Source: Dipteris shenzhenensis (Eukaryota). From it: DNA of 64,000 nucleotides. Where the stretch lies: assembly GCA_047967505.1 (NCBI GenBank), contig CM106538.1; one strand, given 5' to 3'. Below are positions 22,780 through 37,800 of this stretch, piece after piece. Position 1 is the stretch's first letter. Every line of letters starts with the position of its first letter. The notes below the pieces were generated by a model. That model saw only the letters and a list, made by a program, of their open reading frames with translations. It made no database searches and had not been told where the DNA came from. Made by a program: the position numbers and the translations under genes.

Positions 22780-25700
22780 ACAGGTACAGCATGCAGTGAA
22801 TCTATTATAGGACAAGGAAGTTATTGGCAGGATAGTTGGCCTTACTCCCTCGAGGAGACAGATTAGGGGTTGGATCCAAGCTGGCTTGGCATTCGATGGC
22901 GACCACATCGAGGAGGTCACCATCTATGGACGAGGTGTATTTCTCCTCCAACTTGGCTCCTCGGATACTGCTCTGGCTCTCGTGGATAGGAGCCCTATTC
23001 TCCTGGGCCCTCATTTGGTGTATCTTATCCCTTGGTATCATGGATTTACTGTGGAGGACATGGACTCGACTCACCATGTTCCCCGCTTTCCAGTGGCGCT
23101 CCGCTTCTCGGGCTTCCGAGGGAGTATAGAGCCATCCTTCCTTTTATCAGGCGGGCATTTGGCACAGTTCTAGAGTACCCTTCGGAGTCAGAGACGTCTG
23201 ATGTGACAGATGACGGGGTTCCTCGTCTCCAGTTGGTTGTAGAGAGCCCAGATGCCAAATGCCTTCCTAGAGGTGATCCTCTTGGAGACTCTTGAGGAAG
23301 GTACTCTTCAGCAGAGACGGGACGTCTCCGGTTTACTAGGTCAGTGTCTGAGTTGTAGGCAGAAGGGGCACCTTGTTAAGGATTGCACAAGAGGCTTGAG
23401 CAAGGCCCATCCCTCCCCGTGGGAGACGCAGGGACAACATAGTGACATGTGGGAGGTTGGGACCTAACGACCACCCAGATAGACACAACATTAGTCTCAG
23501 CGACAACAGCCAGAGTCCCAAACCCTCTGGGTTGAGCCTTTTGAGGGAAGGTGGACCAAGGTAGGGAATAAGAAGCGGAGTAAGTAGGCTAGAAAGAACC
23601 AACAACAGCGTGCCAATTGTAAGAGGCGAGCACAGGAGGCTGCGGAGTCACAGGGAGATCAGGACTAGATAGGAGTATCACGAGACTTGGAGAGATGGCC
23701 CTTGACCTCATGACATTCTTCAGGCCCCTCCGGAGGTGAGACTTCTTTCCCACAGGATCCTCTACAACAGTAGGATCAGGCACCAGAGGATTTTAGAGCA
23801 TCAGGGCCCGGACCCCCTCCTACTCACCCTCCCTCAAGTTCAGAGAAGGAGCCTTAGAGGCCTCAGGTGCCACCATTGTAGAGTGACCTTCGACTTCAAC
23901 ATCGACAGATAACACTCTGCCTCACCCCACCCCCACTGGACCCTTCACCCTCGGCCTCCTAAAACCGCTTGTCCCCCCGTGCCGCCTCCTACAATGATTA
24001 CCCTCACCACCCCCCATTCTATATCCTTAGCCAGTAGCAGCCTCGTCTGGAGTCTCTTCCTTGCGCACCCCCTGGATCTGCAGTGGGCCCCACGTTTGTC
24101 AGCAAGGGCAAGGCAAAAGCCACTCCGTTGACCTCTGGCTCCGCAGGCACACATGATTTATCTACTTCCTCTCATACCTCGGGGGGGGGGGGGGGGTTGC
24201 AAATGCTCAGTCCTCAAGCCTCTGCATGCTTGTTGGGAGGCCTTTGTCAAGACGGTTCTGGTGATTGGAACCACAGAACTACTTGGAGATTTCAAATACG
24301 TATCCCATGCCCTTGGAACTGAGCATTTTGATCTTGCAGCCCTGGAAAGGGGCCATTAGCGCGGTAGGATCCCACACCCACGTGGTTGGCTCGCTCATAG
24401 TACTCTGCCCGTGAAGGGCCCTGCATGCTAGCCCATATGGCTATCAAAGTGTGAACCGTGTCACTCCAAATACCTGTGAACACCTGTGATGGGTGCATCT
24501 GGGTGTATTGGGCATGGAGGGTAGGGATTGAGCCAATGGCGACCCCTGTCTATGTACTTCCAGGCCATGCAGTCCTTGTACTCTGAAAGGAGGGCAATTA
24601 AAGCACACTCCTCGTTGGGGGTGAGGTCATCTGCTATGTATACTGGTTGTGGGTTCCCCCTTCCGATGCTAGGCTTACTTCCTTAACCTTAGTTGGGTCG
24701 TCGTATCCTTGGAATCACCCTTCTTCCTTGGTTCTCTTGGCCTGCTCGTCCTTGTAATGGGAAGGTACCTAGCGTAGGTCCTCCTTTTCTTCATCCTCCT
24801 CCTCCACTCCTGTTTGGGTGGTTTCCCTCTTGGTCCTAGTGGTAGTGGACAGCCAGCTTTTTGCAGTGATAGCCTTGAGGCTTTTGGGTTTTCAGGTCTC
24901 TTTCAGGGTATCACATTCGCTATGGCTGGGAACAATTAGGATGGTGTTCTTCGTGAAGATGATAAGTTGGATGGCACCAACTATCCGATGTGGTCTTATC
25001 TCATGAAACATATTCTTGTTGCAAAGCATTTGTGGAATATTGTTTCTCGGGTTGATCTGAGGCGAGCCAATGCTACAGTGGTTGCCTCTACTATTGGTCC
25101 CTCTGCAGAGGGTACTCCTCCTGATGCCTCATCCTCTAGCACTCCTGCTGCTGCTCTTCCAACTCAAGAACAGTCAAGATGGGATGCAAGAGATGCAAAT
25201 GCACATTCATGTATTGCTTTATTATGCAAGAGAATCATTATTCCACACATCCGGTCTTGTAGGACAGCAAAGGATGCTTGGGATAAATTGGCTTCTCTCT
25301 ATCAGATTCGCATCAGATTCGCAATGAAGCTCGTGTTGCATATTTGAGAAGGCAATTACAGGAAGTCAGTATGAATGAAGGTGACTCTATGGATGCATAC
25401 CTGACAAAGGTCAAGGACCTCATGGAACAACTTGCCAACATTGATGAGGTGGTGCCAAATTCACAGCTTGTCAGTACCACATTGAATGGACTGCCAGATA
25501 CATATCAAGGGTTTGCTACAACCCTTTGATTAGTGGCCATGGGTAATCCAGACCACTATTCTTTTGATCAGCTAGTTACTTTGCTTTTGCAGGAAGAGCA
25601 AAGTCGAGCTAATAGACAAGTCATTATTCGTGATCATGCATTTGCTTCACAGCAGACAGGAAGAGGCAAGGCTTCCAAGCCTTTGGGCAAGCCTCAATCT

Positions 25701-28700
25701 GCGCATAGCAGCTGTAATTCCTCCCATGCATCTAAAAATACAGCAGATAAGTCAAAGAAGAAAAGATGCAACTATTGTCGCAAGCCTGGACATGACATTT
25801 CAGAATGCAGGAAGCGCATTGCTTCGGAGAAAAAGAAAGCAGGATTGACAGTTAATGCCTCACATGCTATTGAATCCCATGAGCCAGCAGATGCTTCACA
25901 TGCACATGCTCTTTAGGATGATTGGGCATGGGCTGTCCATTGCTCATTTGATCCCTCCAAAGCTGATGCACTCTTTACTGCTAATGATGCTCAGTCCTGG
26001 TACTTTGATAGTGGTGCTTCCAAGCATGTCACATCTTGCAGACAGTTGTTTCACTCTTTAGCTGATGCACCTCGAGGGGGGACTGTCACATGTGCTAATA
26101 ATGCTTCATATGCTGTAAAAGACTCATACATTCACCACATTGATGGCTTTGAAACTTCACATGAAGCTTGGGATCATCTTCTCTCAGTATTTGGTGCACA
26201 AGGAAAATGCTTCAAATATATCTTGCTCCTTTACCTACAATTGGAATTATTGCATGAAGAACAACAAAGAGAATCAAGCATTTCTTGTGAAGAAGGACTA
26301 CTTCAACAACAAAGCAAATCTAGTTGAAGGAAGAACTCCATCAGCAAATGACGAATCAAACTTTGAAAATAAAGACTATGCTTTTTAAGCACTTTGTCTT
26401 TTGAATTTTTGTTTATCATCACTTGGTCAAATTTTGAGGTTCTTTGCCTGGAGTAGTACTCCAAAAAGAATATCATATGTTATGTCTTTTGTAAATCACT
26501 TCAAATGTTCTCTTTGTGCCTGGAATTGAAGTCAACTTGATCTCAATTTCAGCAATTGCTACTTCAGGTTTCAGAGTGATTTTTGATGGCTACAGATGCC
26601 TGGTTTATGATCTTCGTGATGACAATGCCATAGTTCTCACTGGTACTTTGCAAAAGGGGCTTTATCACCTTGATCATCACTCAGCTGCACTTTCTATTGA
26701 AGCATTTGCTATTTCAGATTCACAGCTTGCTGAAACTCATCTTTGGCATGAGAGAATGGGTCATCTCAATTATAGAGCTCTTGCAAAGCTACATTCATAG
26801 CAGATGGCAAATGATGTACCTCAAACTCACACAGTTTCCAAACATCTGTGTGAGGGTTGTCTTTTGGGTAAGATGCATTGGTTTCCTCTTCAAAAGAACT
26901 GTCCAAAACTCTCACAAAGGAAATTGCAGCTAGTCCATATCGATGTCTGTGGCCCAATGAGGACAAATGCCATTGGAGGGTACAAGTATCTCATGACTCT
27001 CATTGATGATTTCACAAGATATTGCTGGGTATATCCTTTAAAAGCCAAATCTGAAGTTTTCTCATGCTTTCAGAGGTGGCTGAACATGGTTGAGAATGGA
27101 ACAGGATGCAAGCTTGTCATCCTCAACACAGATAGGGGGGGGGAGTATATGTCAAAGGAGTTTGATGCATTTCTGTCTACACGGGGCATTGTTCATTCAT
27201 GCACTACTCCTTACACTCCTCAGCAGAATCCTGTTTCTGAAAGGAAGAACAGGTCCACAATGGAGATGGCCAGATGCATGCTTAAGGCCAAGTCTTTGCC
27301 CAATAAATTTTGGCTTGATGCAGTATTGTGTGCTAACTACGTGCTGAATAGATCACCTACACGGGCATTGAAGACTGTTACACCTTATGAAGCATGGAAA
27401 GGCAGGAAGCCTTCACTTTCACACATGAGAGTTTTTGGGTCTCTTGCATATGTTCATGTACCATCTCAGCTGAGACATAAGCTTGATGACAAGGCAATCA
27501 AATGCATATTTATTGGTTACAGCCAGGAGAGCAGAGGGTATTGGTTATACCAACCAAATACTGGGAAGATTATTGTCAGTAGAGATGTAATCTTTGCTGA
27601 ACATTCAGCTTCTCCTAGCTAAGCCTGATGTTGACATGTTTGATGCCTTTGAATCATGGTTACCTCTGCCATCCTCAGAAGAGGACATTGACCAGCAACA
27701 TGAGATCCCACTATTCATGATGCAGTCATTGAAGAAAGAGCTGTCAATAGACAGCAAAGGCAAGTTCCCAGATGGCTTCTTGATACATTGAGGGACAGCA
27801 AACAAGATCAGCTTTTTGCTGCCCGGAGAAGATCAGGGAATAGACAAATGCATGGTCACTTTCTTGAGTTTGCACTCCTTGCTACAGCTTGCAATGGAGA
27901 GCCTTTGTGCCATAAAGATGCTTTTGATAGCAAAGAGTGGATGGATGCAATGAGAGCTGATTTACAATCCATTGCCAAAAATGACATATGGGAATTAGTA
28001 GATCTCCCTCCCGGCAAGCATGCCATTGGTACCCGGTGGGTCTACAAAATAGAAAGGAAATTTGATGGCAGCATAGATCGATACAAAGCCCGTCTTGTTG
28101 CAAAAGGGTATGCCCAACAACAAGGCATTGACTTTGAGGAGACATTTGCTCCCACATCCAGGATTACTACCATTAGATGTGTCATTGCCATTGCAGCCCA
28201 TCATCATTGGCAAGTGCACCAACTTGACATCAAGACTGCTTTTCTTCATGGGGATCTGCAGGAAGAAGTATATGTCACACAATTGCCTGGCTTTGAGGTT
28301 GTTAATTCTGAAAATAAGGTATGCCGGCTTAGAAAAGCCCTTTATGGTTTGAAGCAGGCACCCAGGGCATGGTATGGTTTTCAGAATAGTCCCATAGAAC
28401 CCACTCTTTATGTCGGTGGGAGTGGATCTGATTTTTTAGTGCTGATTTTATATGTGGATGATATGCTCATCATGGGCCGAGATACTCAGCAAATTGCGGC
28501 TTTCAAGGCTGATTTGCAGCAGATTTTTGACATGTTAGACATGGGACAGATCCATTATTATTTGGGCATTCAGTTTGCTCATGTTGAGGGGGGTATCATG
28601 ATGTCTCAGTCCAAGTATATTGGACAGCTCCTTGATCGTTTTCAGTTTGAGGATTGCAAGCCAATCTCTACTCCAGTGGACACTGGCTTCAAATTCTCAG

Positions 28701-31025
28701 CTCATGATGGGAGCCCACCATGTAATATCACTCTTTATCAGTAGGCTGTTGGATGCCTTATTTATTTATGTCACACGAGACCTGACTTGCAGTATGCAGT
28801 ATCTCAGCTCAGCAGATTCATGCACATGCCCAGTTCACAGCATTGGCAGGGCATTGAAGAGAGTCTTCAGATATCTCAGAGGCACTCAGGATTTAGCCCT
28901 CTTCTATGGTGATCAGGGTTCACTTACCATGCATGCTTACACGGATAGTGACTGGGCAGGATGTTCCGACACCAGAGTGTCACATACTGGCAATTGTTTT
29001 TTGCTTGGGAATTCATGTATCTCTTGGCTCAGCAAGAAGCAACCAACAGTTGCCACATCTAGTTGTGAGGCTGAGTACAGGGCAGCTTTCACCGCTACAG
29101 TAGAGTGTGTTTGGCTTCGACAGTTACTTACAGATCTTGGTATTCGCCAGACATCCTCCACTATTGTCTACACTGACAACCAGAGTGCTTTGGCCATTGC
29201 GCGTAACCTAGTGTTTCATGCGCGTACCAAGCATATTGAAGTTCACTATCATTATGTTTGGGAGCGGTTGTCAGCACGAGACATAGAGTTGTCCTATCTT
29301 CCCACAGAGGACAACTTAGCAGATATGTTTACAAAGGCACTTCCTCGTCCCAAGTTCGATGTCTTCTGACAAGCTTTACACTTGGTTCCCTTTGTTACAT
29401 GATTTGACATCCCTTGTACATTCATAGGTGGCTATATCCTTTTGGATGAACATGTGCCACCATGACCAGAAAATACCAGGTATTCTGAGACGTTTCCAGA
29501 GTACTTCAGCCCATCCCATGGAGGGGAGTTTGTAGGCCATCTCCTGGTGGTTCTAGTGATGCCCTATAGGCCATGGTATGTGCCTTGTAGGAATAAATAT
29601 AGGCACTTGTAGTGTTAGTGCCTTTTAGGCCACATAGGACACTTAGTCCTATGTTTCACCTAGGACACTTAGTCCTAGGTCTAGGTACAAGTACCTTGTA
29701 CTCTCTATTTTCATTATCCTAGTTGACGTGACGGCAGACTCTATCGACTCTGTGCAGCCTGCACTCTCTCTTTCTATTCATTGATCCTACAAGGTGGAGG
29801 CACAATAGGCGATAGTAGAGCTCCGGAGACAGCCTGAGGACAGACGCTATGAGGGGTGGGTGGCATGGGTGGTTGAGAGGATCCAGTGGAGCAGTCAGGA
29901 GCTCCAGTGTCAGGCTCTTAGACGGAGAGCTACCCTTTAGGAGAGAGAGAGTACTTCGTCGAGACCTTGCGTCTATTGAGAGACTCAGGGGCAGGATCGA
30001 GGGTCGCAGTGGCTCAGGGACCGACTGGAGTGTGCACGATTTGAGCTACAGATTTGGAGGTTTGTAGAGTAGAGTTCTCCTACCACTCTTCTAGGGCTAG
30101 ATGGGTCCAGCAGGGTAACATGATGACCAGACAGTATTTTCAGACGACAAGACCACGGTCGGCAGGGATTTAGCTCCAGCGACTCTGAGACTCACAGGGA
30201 CGTATGCACACAATCTCTCAGGAGATCTTCGAGATGACCATGGTCTTCTACCGTTAGCTCTTTTAGTCGGAGGAGGCTTCGCCCACCACTCTTCTAGCTA
30301 GGCAGGTAGTATGGGAGCAGATTCCGGCAATTGTTACATAGAGTCTTAGCAGACGTTTACTTATGAGGAGCTTTGGGAGGCCTTACAGGCTCTTCCAGCC
30401 CAGAAGTGCCTTGGAGAGGACGGCTTGACTTCGAGCTTCTTTCAATACTTCTGGGAGTATATCGCCACCCCATTCAGGTTAGCCTGCCAAGAGATCTTGG
30501 ACCTTGGATCCCTTCCACATTCCTTGAGGAGAGGCTAGATATGCCTGATTCCGAAGGGGGGGAGATAGGTTAGATATTTGTTAGTGAAGGCTGATCAGCC
30601 TTCTTGACATGGCTTACAAGATCTTGGCCAAGGTCTTGAGCTTGTGTCTACCCCACTTAACAGACATCATTCACGAGACGTAGACCAGTTTTGTCCAGGA
30701 GCATAGCATCCTGGATAATATCTTCACTTCTGGGAGGCAATGGATTGGTCTAGGGAGGAGTTAGAGCCTCTTGCCATTCTTCTCTGGATTTCAAGAAGGC
30801 ATATGATAGAGTGGAGTTGCAGAGACTTGGGTTCTCAGAGGGATGGATTAGAGGGGTTTTAGCTCTTTATGCGGGCAGCTCCAGCCAGGTGATTATTAGG
30901 GGGCATACAAGAGAGGCCTTTTCACTTTTTCGTTCAGTGAGACAGGGCAGTCCTTTGGTCCCCTACCTTTTCCTCTTTGTAGCGGAGGCCCTAGGTTATT
31001 TTCTGCGCTCTCAGGCACTTGGCCT
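22780..31025 (+). mobile_element. Degenerate L1 LINE (ORF1 ~22780-23400, APE ~24200-24860, RT 29792-31025) interrupted by copia element B
   Basis: DUF4283-like GRGVFLLQL..PWYHGF, knuckle CLSCRQKGHLVKDC, LDFKKAYDRVE, SVRQGSPLVPYLF. Confidence 0.85.
24870..29791 (+). mobile_element. Ty1/copia element 'B', 5' LTR missing, 3' LTR 29531-29791
   Basis: KLDGTNYPMW gag, CNYCRKPGHDISEC, WYFDSGAS, INT, YVDD, RNase H to 29369; PPT gaggggag then TGTAGG...CCTACA. Confidence 0.95.
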
Positions 31026-31859
31026 TAACGAGGATGTGGCTTCTGATCCAGTTACAACTGAGCTGAAATCTTCTAGCATCACTGACGGTGTTACGAAAGA
31101 AGAGGAGGCTCTTCTCTCGATGCCCTATATCAATCCACTCCCACTTTGGAGGATCCTATTGCAAAAAATGTATTGGGACTCCTCCATAGAGCTAAATCCT
31201 TTATGAGTCCAAGTGAGATAAGAAGCGGATCTGGGTTAAGGTACCAGTCTGAATCCGAGCTGTGTTCCACATAACCTATGATTCTGACAAGCTGAAAAGC
31301 AACACCCAACAGAACATCATCTGTAGATTTGTTAGAATTATTATTATATTCTAGGCAGTGGCCAAAGTAATGTAATAAGCGGGTTAGGGGCACTTTTTCC
31401 TATTAGAGGTTTTTCCCCCTAACCACAATCTAATCTCTAACTACAGTTAGTGATTACATAGGGTTTTGTCTAAGTACATAGGGTTTTGTCACTTAGACAA
31501 AACCCTCATCTCTTTCATTGTACTACACTTCATTTTAGTACACTTTCGGGAGTGACCTATGTTCAGCTCACTCTCCATCTTGCTCACTCTTGCTCTCTTC
31601 CATTTTTCTCACATTTGGTATCAGAGCAGCTTAAGCTCTTGGACCTGCCCCCAGCTCTCAGATCTGCTACCAGCTCCTAGCTCCCTCGCGTGCAACTCTC
31701 GTCCGTATAGCGCATTCCGTACAACCTCGCACTCACAGTCTGCACGCAGCCCAAGTTGCACATTCCGCACCAGGTCCGTACTGCTGCCTCCTCCTGAAAC
31801 CTTTCGCTCGTAAAAGACAGCCAATACACTTTCACTTGCTCTCCCTCTCTCCCTCTTTC

Positions 31860-34800
31860 AACAGAGAAACTAGGGCCCAGAACAACAGTCGGGCTGGACC
31901 CCCCCGAAGGATTTTATTGCTTGAGAGAAGATGGAGTACATAGTTCAGCATAGTAGCTGTTCATACCAAAAATCCAAACGTGAATAATGAATCATTACAT
32001 GAGCTCTTAGGCTCCCTTTCTTGGCAACAAGCCACTTGTCAATTTCTACATTACTTTCCTAATTACATGCCACTAAGGGCAACTTTGGAGTCTTCGAAGC
32101 ACTTGGTCCTGCGAACCGCCTCCTAGACTCTTGTTAGGCTCCGGTAGTACTTAGGAAAATCACTCTTCCTAGTACCTGCAACAATTAATTAAAGCGCACC
32201 ACCATGGCATCCATTAATTGTGTTAGATATCAATGCTCCACTCTCGTGTAACTACGCGGGAACCAGCTAAACTCTACTTGTAAGCCCCCCATATGAGGAG
32301 AAGGCATTTGAGTAGCTCGGTTATCCGGTAGGTCCTGGTTTGGACACTAGATGGGGGCCATGTGTGGCCTGATGGTTGGACGGAGTTGGCACACTGCCAA
32401 CTAGGCTACATGCAAGTGCGGGAAGGCATCCCATGACAGACCGCACTGAGGGTAGACAGAGCATTTTCTGGGGCAACCCACTCTCGGGTTGCGGGACCCG
32501 TTTGGAGTCCCAGATGATCTTGGATGGCTGTGGGCCGAACGGCGACCATAGGTCAGTTGCTCTATTTTACGCCACGGTTCTATCATGTGGTCGGTGGCCT
32601 ATTTCGAGACCGACCCCTAGTCGACCGTTTTGGGCGGACTTGGTCGGTCACCCAATTGGGTCCAACTGACTACGACTAGTGGCTATATAAGAGCGAGCCC
32701 GTGAAGCCCATTTCATCACTGGCTACAGCAGCCCTGATTCCTTGCATCCAGCCTCCGTCCTCTACTGTTTCCAGCTTGCCATCGAAGCTTCTTTCACAGG
32801 AGCGCACGGTTGGGAGGCAGCGCCATCTATTGTATCAGTTCTACAGTAATCAAATTTTTGATTCTCCATACTATCTGGTTTTCTCCCTTGCGTACGAGAT
32901 CCTGTTATCTGTTGAGCACAGGCGTATTATTATTTTCTTACATGGTATCAGAGCCTGGACTCTAGCAAGAAGATTTGGTAGTGTGTTTCTGTTTGCGAGC
33001 AGATTGTGAGAGATGGCCCAGCCCGCAAGACTGCGAATCCCACCGTTCGGCGAAAGCGAAAGTTGGATGGCTCTAACTATCCTCTCTGAAAGTTCAAGAT
33101 GAAGACCATCCTAAGTGCATATGAGCTTTGGGACACTGCTACTGGGGTGGACGTGAGGCCGGTGCCGAGACCAGATCCAGCCAATGCAGGACAACAGATA
33201 GTACCAACTGCGGATGAGATTCTCGCATGGACAAGAAGAAATGCAAATGCACTGTGTTCTATTGTGTGCAGTGTTAGTGATTCCGTCATGGCGTTAATTC
33301 AACATGTCACCACAGCGGAGAAGACATGGACGGTCTTGAAAAATCAGTACGAGACCACGAATCAGACACGGATTCAGAATCTGGAGACTCAACTTGCGAA
33401 CGAGAAACTTTCTGAGTCTGAAGCGACAGAGAAGTTCATCACCAGGGTGAAGAATCTGCGCGATTAGATGATTGCGATTGGCATCACCATCACCAGCGAG
33501 AACCTAGCACGAAGGTGCATACGGATTCTCCCACCAAAGCACGACGGTCTGGTTATGGCGTTGAATACGCAGAACAAAAATCCGCTCAACTTTGAGGATT
33601 TCAGCGCGATGCTTTTGGAGGAGGAGATGCGTCAAAAGACGAGGACTGAAGAAGATTCGGCTTTCTGGACTGGATTAAAGAAAGGTAAGGATAAGGACTC
33701 AGGTAACCCATGTTCTTCTGATGATAAAAAGAGAAAGAAGAAGATCAAGTGCTTCTATTGCAACAAGGCAGGGCGCAAGTAGAATGAGTGCCGAAAGAAG
33801 ATTGCAGATGAGAAGAACGGAGGAAAGAGTCCAGCAACAGCGCGCAGGCAATACCAGTAGAGCTGTTCGTAGTAATTGAGGAGATTTGCACGGAGGCAGT
33901 TCATGTACCTGCGGATGAACCTTGGATCATTGACAGTGGTGCATCGCGCCACATGACTAGTCGGAAGGATTGGTATACCTCTCTACAACCTGTAGGGAAT
34001 GACATCCTGATAGCAATCGGCAATGATGTAAAATGTCCAGCAAAAAGAAAAGTTACGATTGCTCTCAAGTCAGATGGAGTTGTAAAACAGTTGTCCGATG
34101 TTCTTTATGTGCCAGATATCCAGAGGAACTTGTTGTCCATTTCTGCGATCACGGATCGGAACCTCAAAGTTCAATTCGATAAGAATGGTGCACATATTTT
34201 GGATCTTCAAGGGAAGGTCGTTGGTAAAGGTACACGGCGCAACAACATCTACGAACTCTCAGCTTTCAGTGCTCGACTCGATGTGAAGAACACTAAGCTG
34301 TGACATGAGAGGTTTGGTCATCTAAACCTTAGTTCTTTGAAGGAGATGCATAAAAGTGGAATGATTGTAGTCCTATCAGAAATTTCAGATCTGCCCGATG
34401 TATGTGAAGCTTGCATGATGGGCAAGCAACATCGGTAGCCCTTTCCTAAAGAGGCAAGTAGGGCAAAGGCTCCTCTAGAGCTCGTTCACACGGACCTCTG
34501 CGGAAAGATGGAGACGGAAGCTTTGGGTGGTTCCTACTACTTCATGACGCTGATCAACGACTGCAGTAGAAGGATATGGATATACTTCCTGAAGACTAAA
34601 GACGAGACTTTTAGCAAGTTCAAAGAATGGCATGTAACGGTCGAGAAAGAATCGGGGAGGAAGGTGAAGAAATTAAGATCAGACAGAGGTGGAGAGTTTA
34701 CATCAACTGAATTCGAAAGTTACTGCAAAAGTCATGGGATCAAGAGGCAGAAATCCCCGCCACATACATCACAGCAAAATGGAGTAGCAGAGCGCAAGAT

Positions 34801-37800
34801 GCGCGTCATCTGCGAAATGGACCGGAGTATGATGAAAGGGAAAGATTTACCAAAGACTTTTCGGGCTGAAGCATGTAACACGGCAATTTACATTCTCAAT
34901 CGTAGCTACACGAAGGCTGTGAACAGGATGACTCCACTGCAGGCCTTTTCTGGTAAGAAACCTTCAGCTGCATACTTCAGAGTTTTTGGATGTGACTGTT
35001 TTGTGCATGTCCCTGATGCTAACAGCACCAAATGGGAATCGAAGAGCCGGAAGTGTATTTTCTTGGGCTACAGTGAAGAGGCGAAGGGTTACCGTCTCTA
35101 TAATCCTGTTACCAAGAAGGTAATAGTAAGTCGCGATGTGGTCTTCTCAGAACAACCGCATCAATTGAAGAAGGATGCTTCTTTCCCAGACAACTAGGAC
35201 CATGATATCCATCCAGTACCACCACCAACAGCAGACCGAACTCCCCCAACGGTGCTTGGGAGGATTCAAGATAAAGAAGATGAAGAAGAGCCTGCAGAAC
35301 CACAACGGCAACGGTCATTCTCGAAGTGGGTAAAGCAGCTTTTGGACGGCAGAGAACCTTCAGCCATTGAGGAGGAACCATCCGAACACTGTCGGTCCAA
35401 GAGATTAGAGGAGCAAAGAAGGGCGCATGAACACTTGGTCAACTATGCTTTGCTGACAGAGGTGATCCGTGCCTTGAAGAGGCACAGGGTGATGACAGGT
35501 GGATGGAGGCTATGCAGTCGGAGTATGGCTCCATAATGAAGAACAACACTTGGGACCTTGTGGATCGTCCACCAAAATGCAAGGTAATCGGCACCAAGTG
35601 GGTGTACAAGACCAAGTACAAGTCCGACGGCACGTTGGATAAGTACAAGGCTCGGCTCGTGGCAAAAGGATTCGCACAGGTACATGGTTTTGATTATTAG
35701 GATACTTTTGCTCCCACAGCTCGACTAACCACAATTCGCAGTGTTTTGGCTTTAGTAGCCCAGGAAAGTTGGTCCGTGTTTCAGATGGATGTAAAATCCG
35801 CCTTTCTGAATGGAGATCTCAAGGAGGAGGTATACGTGGAACAACCACCAGGTTTTGTGATCCCGGTTCAAAAGGTAAAGTTTGTAAACTGAAGAAGGCA
35901 CTTTACGGGCTGAAACAGGTCCCACAAGCGGGGTACCAGCGAATTGATGCCTACTTTCTGCAAAACAGGTTCAGGAGGAGCCCATCTGATGTAAATTTGT
36001 ATATCTTCAGAGAAGGAGGCAGGTGTATGATCGTGGTCCTTTATGTGGACGATCTTGTCATAACAGGGAACCATGAAGAGAAGATCTCGCAGACAAAGCA
36101 TTTGCTAGGAAGAGAGTTTGAAATGACAGACCTTGGACTGATGCATTTCTGTTTGGGGATTGAAGTTTGGCAAGATCCGAAACAGATCTTCATTTCACAG
36201 TTGAAGTATGCTGGAGAGATACTGAAGGCATTTGGCATGGTTGAGTACAAGACAGTTGGTACCCCTATGGAGGTTGACGTGAAGCTCTCAAACGAGGATT
36301 CATCACCATTGGTGGACGAAGCGAAGTATAGAAGACTTGTGGGTAGTTTGATTTACTTGTGCAACACGCGGTCGAACATCAGCTTTGCGACTGGTGTAGT
36401 AAGCAGGCTTTCCAATAAGTCTCGGGAGAACCATTGGAGGACAGGGATGTGAGTGCTGAAATACATCGAAGGCACACTTGATTATGGCATCACCATACCA
36501 AGGGCAACATCTTGACCGGATTTTGTGACTCGGATTAGGCAGGAGACGTGGACAGCAGGAGATCAGTCACATGTTACTGTTTCTCACTTGGATCTGGAGC
36601 TGTGTCATGGGTCAGCAAGAAGCAACCCATAGTTACTCTTTCTTCTACCGAGGCTGAGTACAAATCAGCTTGCTTTGCTTCTTGCGAGGCAATGTGGTTG
36701 AGGAGGATTTTAGGGGACATGGGTGCAGTGCAGAACAAGCCAACGCAGTTATCATGTGACAATCAGAGTTGCATGGCGATTGCAAAGAACCATGTGTTCC
36801 AGGCTCGCACAAAACACATTGAGATTCAATATCACTTTGTACGCGAGCTCATCATGGATGGAGAGGTCGACTTGGTGTACTATCCGACTACACAGAATGC
36901 TGCGGACATCTTCACGAAGGCTCTTGGAAGAGACTTGTTGGAGAGGCATCTTCATCGACTTGGCATTGGGCCAAAAAAGTAAGTTCACTTGCGGGTGGAC
37001 ATTGAGGGGGGTTGTTAGATATCAATGCTCCACTCTCGTGTAACTACGCGGGAACCAGCTACACTGTACTTGTAAGCCCTCCATATGAGGAGAAGGCATT
37101 TGAGTAGCTCGGTTATCCGGTAGGTCCTGGTTTAGACACCAGATGGGGGCCATGTGTGGCCTGATGGTTGGACGGAGTTGGCACTACCAACTAGGCTACA
37201 TGCAAGTGCGGGAAGGCATCCCATGATTGACCGCACTAAGGGTAGACAGAGCATTTCCCGGGGCAATCCACTCTCGGGTTGCGGGGCCCATTTGGAGTCC
37301 CAGATGATCCCGGATGGCTGTGGGCCGAACGATAACCGTAGGTTTGTTGCTCTATTTTACGCCACGGTTCTATCGTGTGGTCAGTGGCCTATTTCGGGAC
37401 CGACCCCAGTCGACCATTTTGGGCGGACTGGGTCGGTCACCCAATTGGGTCCAATCGACTACGACTAGTGGCTATATAAGAGCGAGCCCGTGAAGCCCAT
37501 TTCATCACTGGCTACAGCAACCCTGATTCCTTAGCATCCAGCCTCCGTTCTCTACTGTTTTCAGCTTGCCATCGAAGCTTCTTTCACAAGAGCGCACGGT
37601 TGGGAGGCAGCGCCATCTATTGTATCAGTTCTACAGTAATCAAATTTTTGATTCTCCATACTATCTGGTTTTCTCTCTTGCGTACGAGATCCTGTTATCT
37701 GTTGAGCACAAACGTTGTATTATTTTCTTACAAATTGTTAGCGCTTTGCATGCAAATAATACATTGTGGACTAATTCTAGTCACGGTTGGCGTCCCCACT

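Noticed and set aside
32376-33009. ORFs duplicated at 37154-37854
   Set aside because: They are LTR sequence of element D, with frames differing between the two LTR copies.
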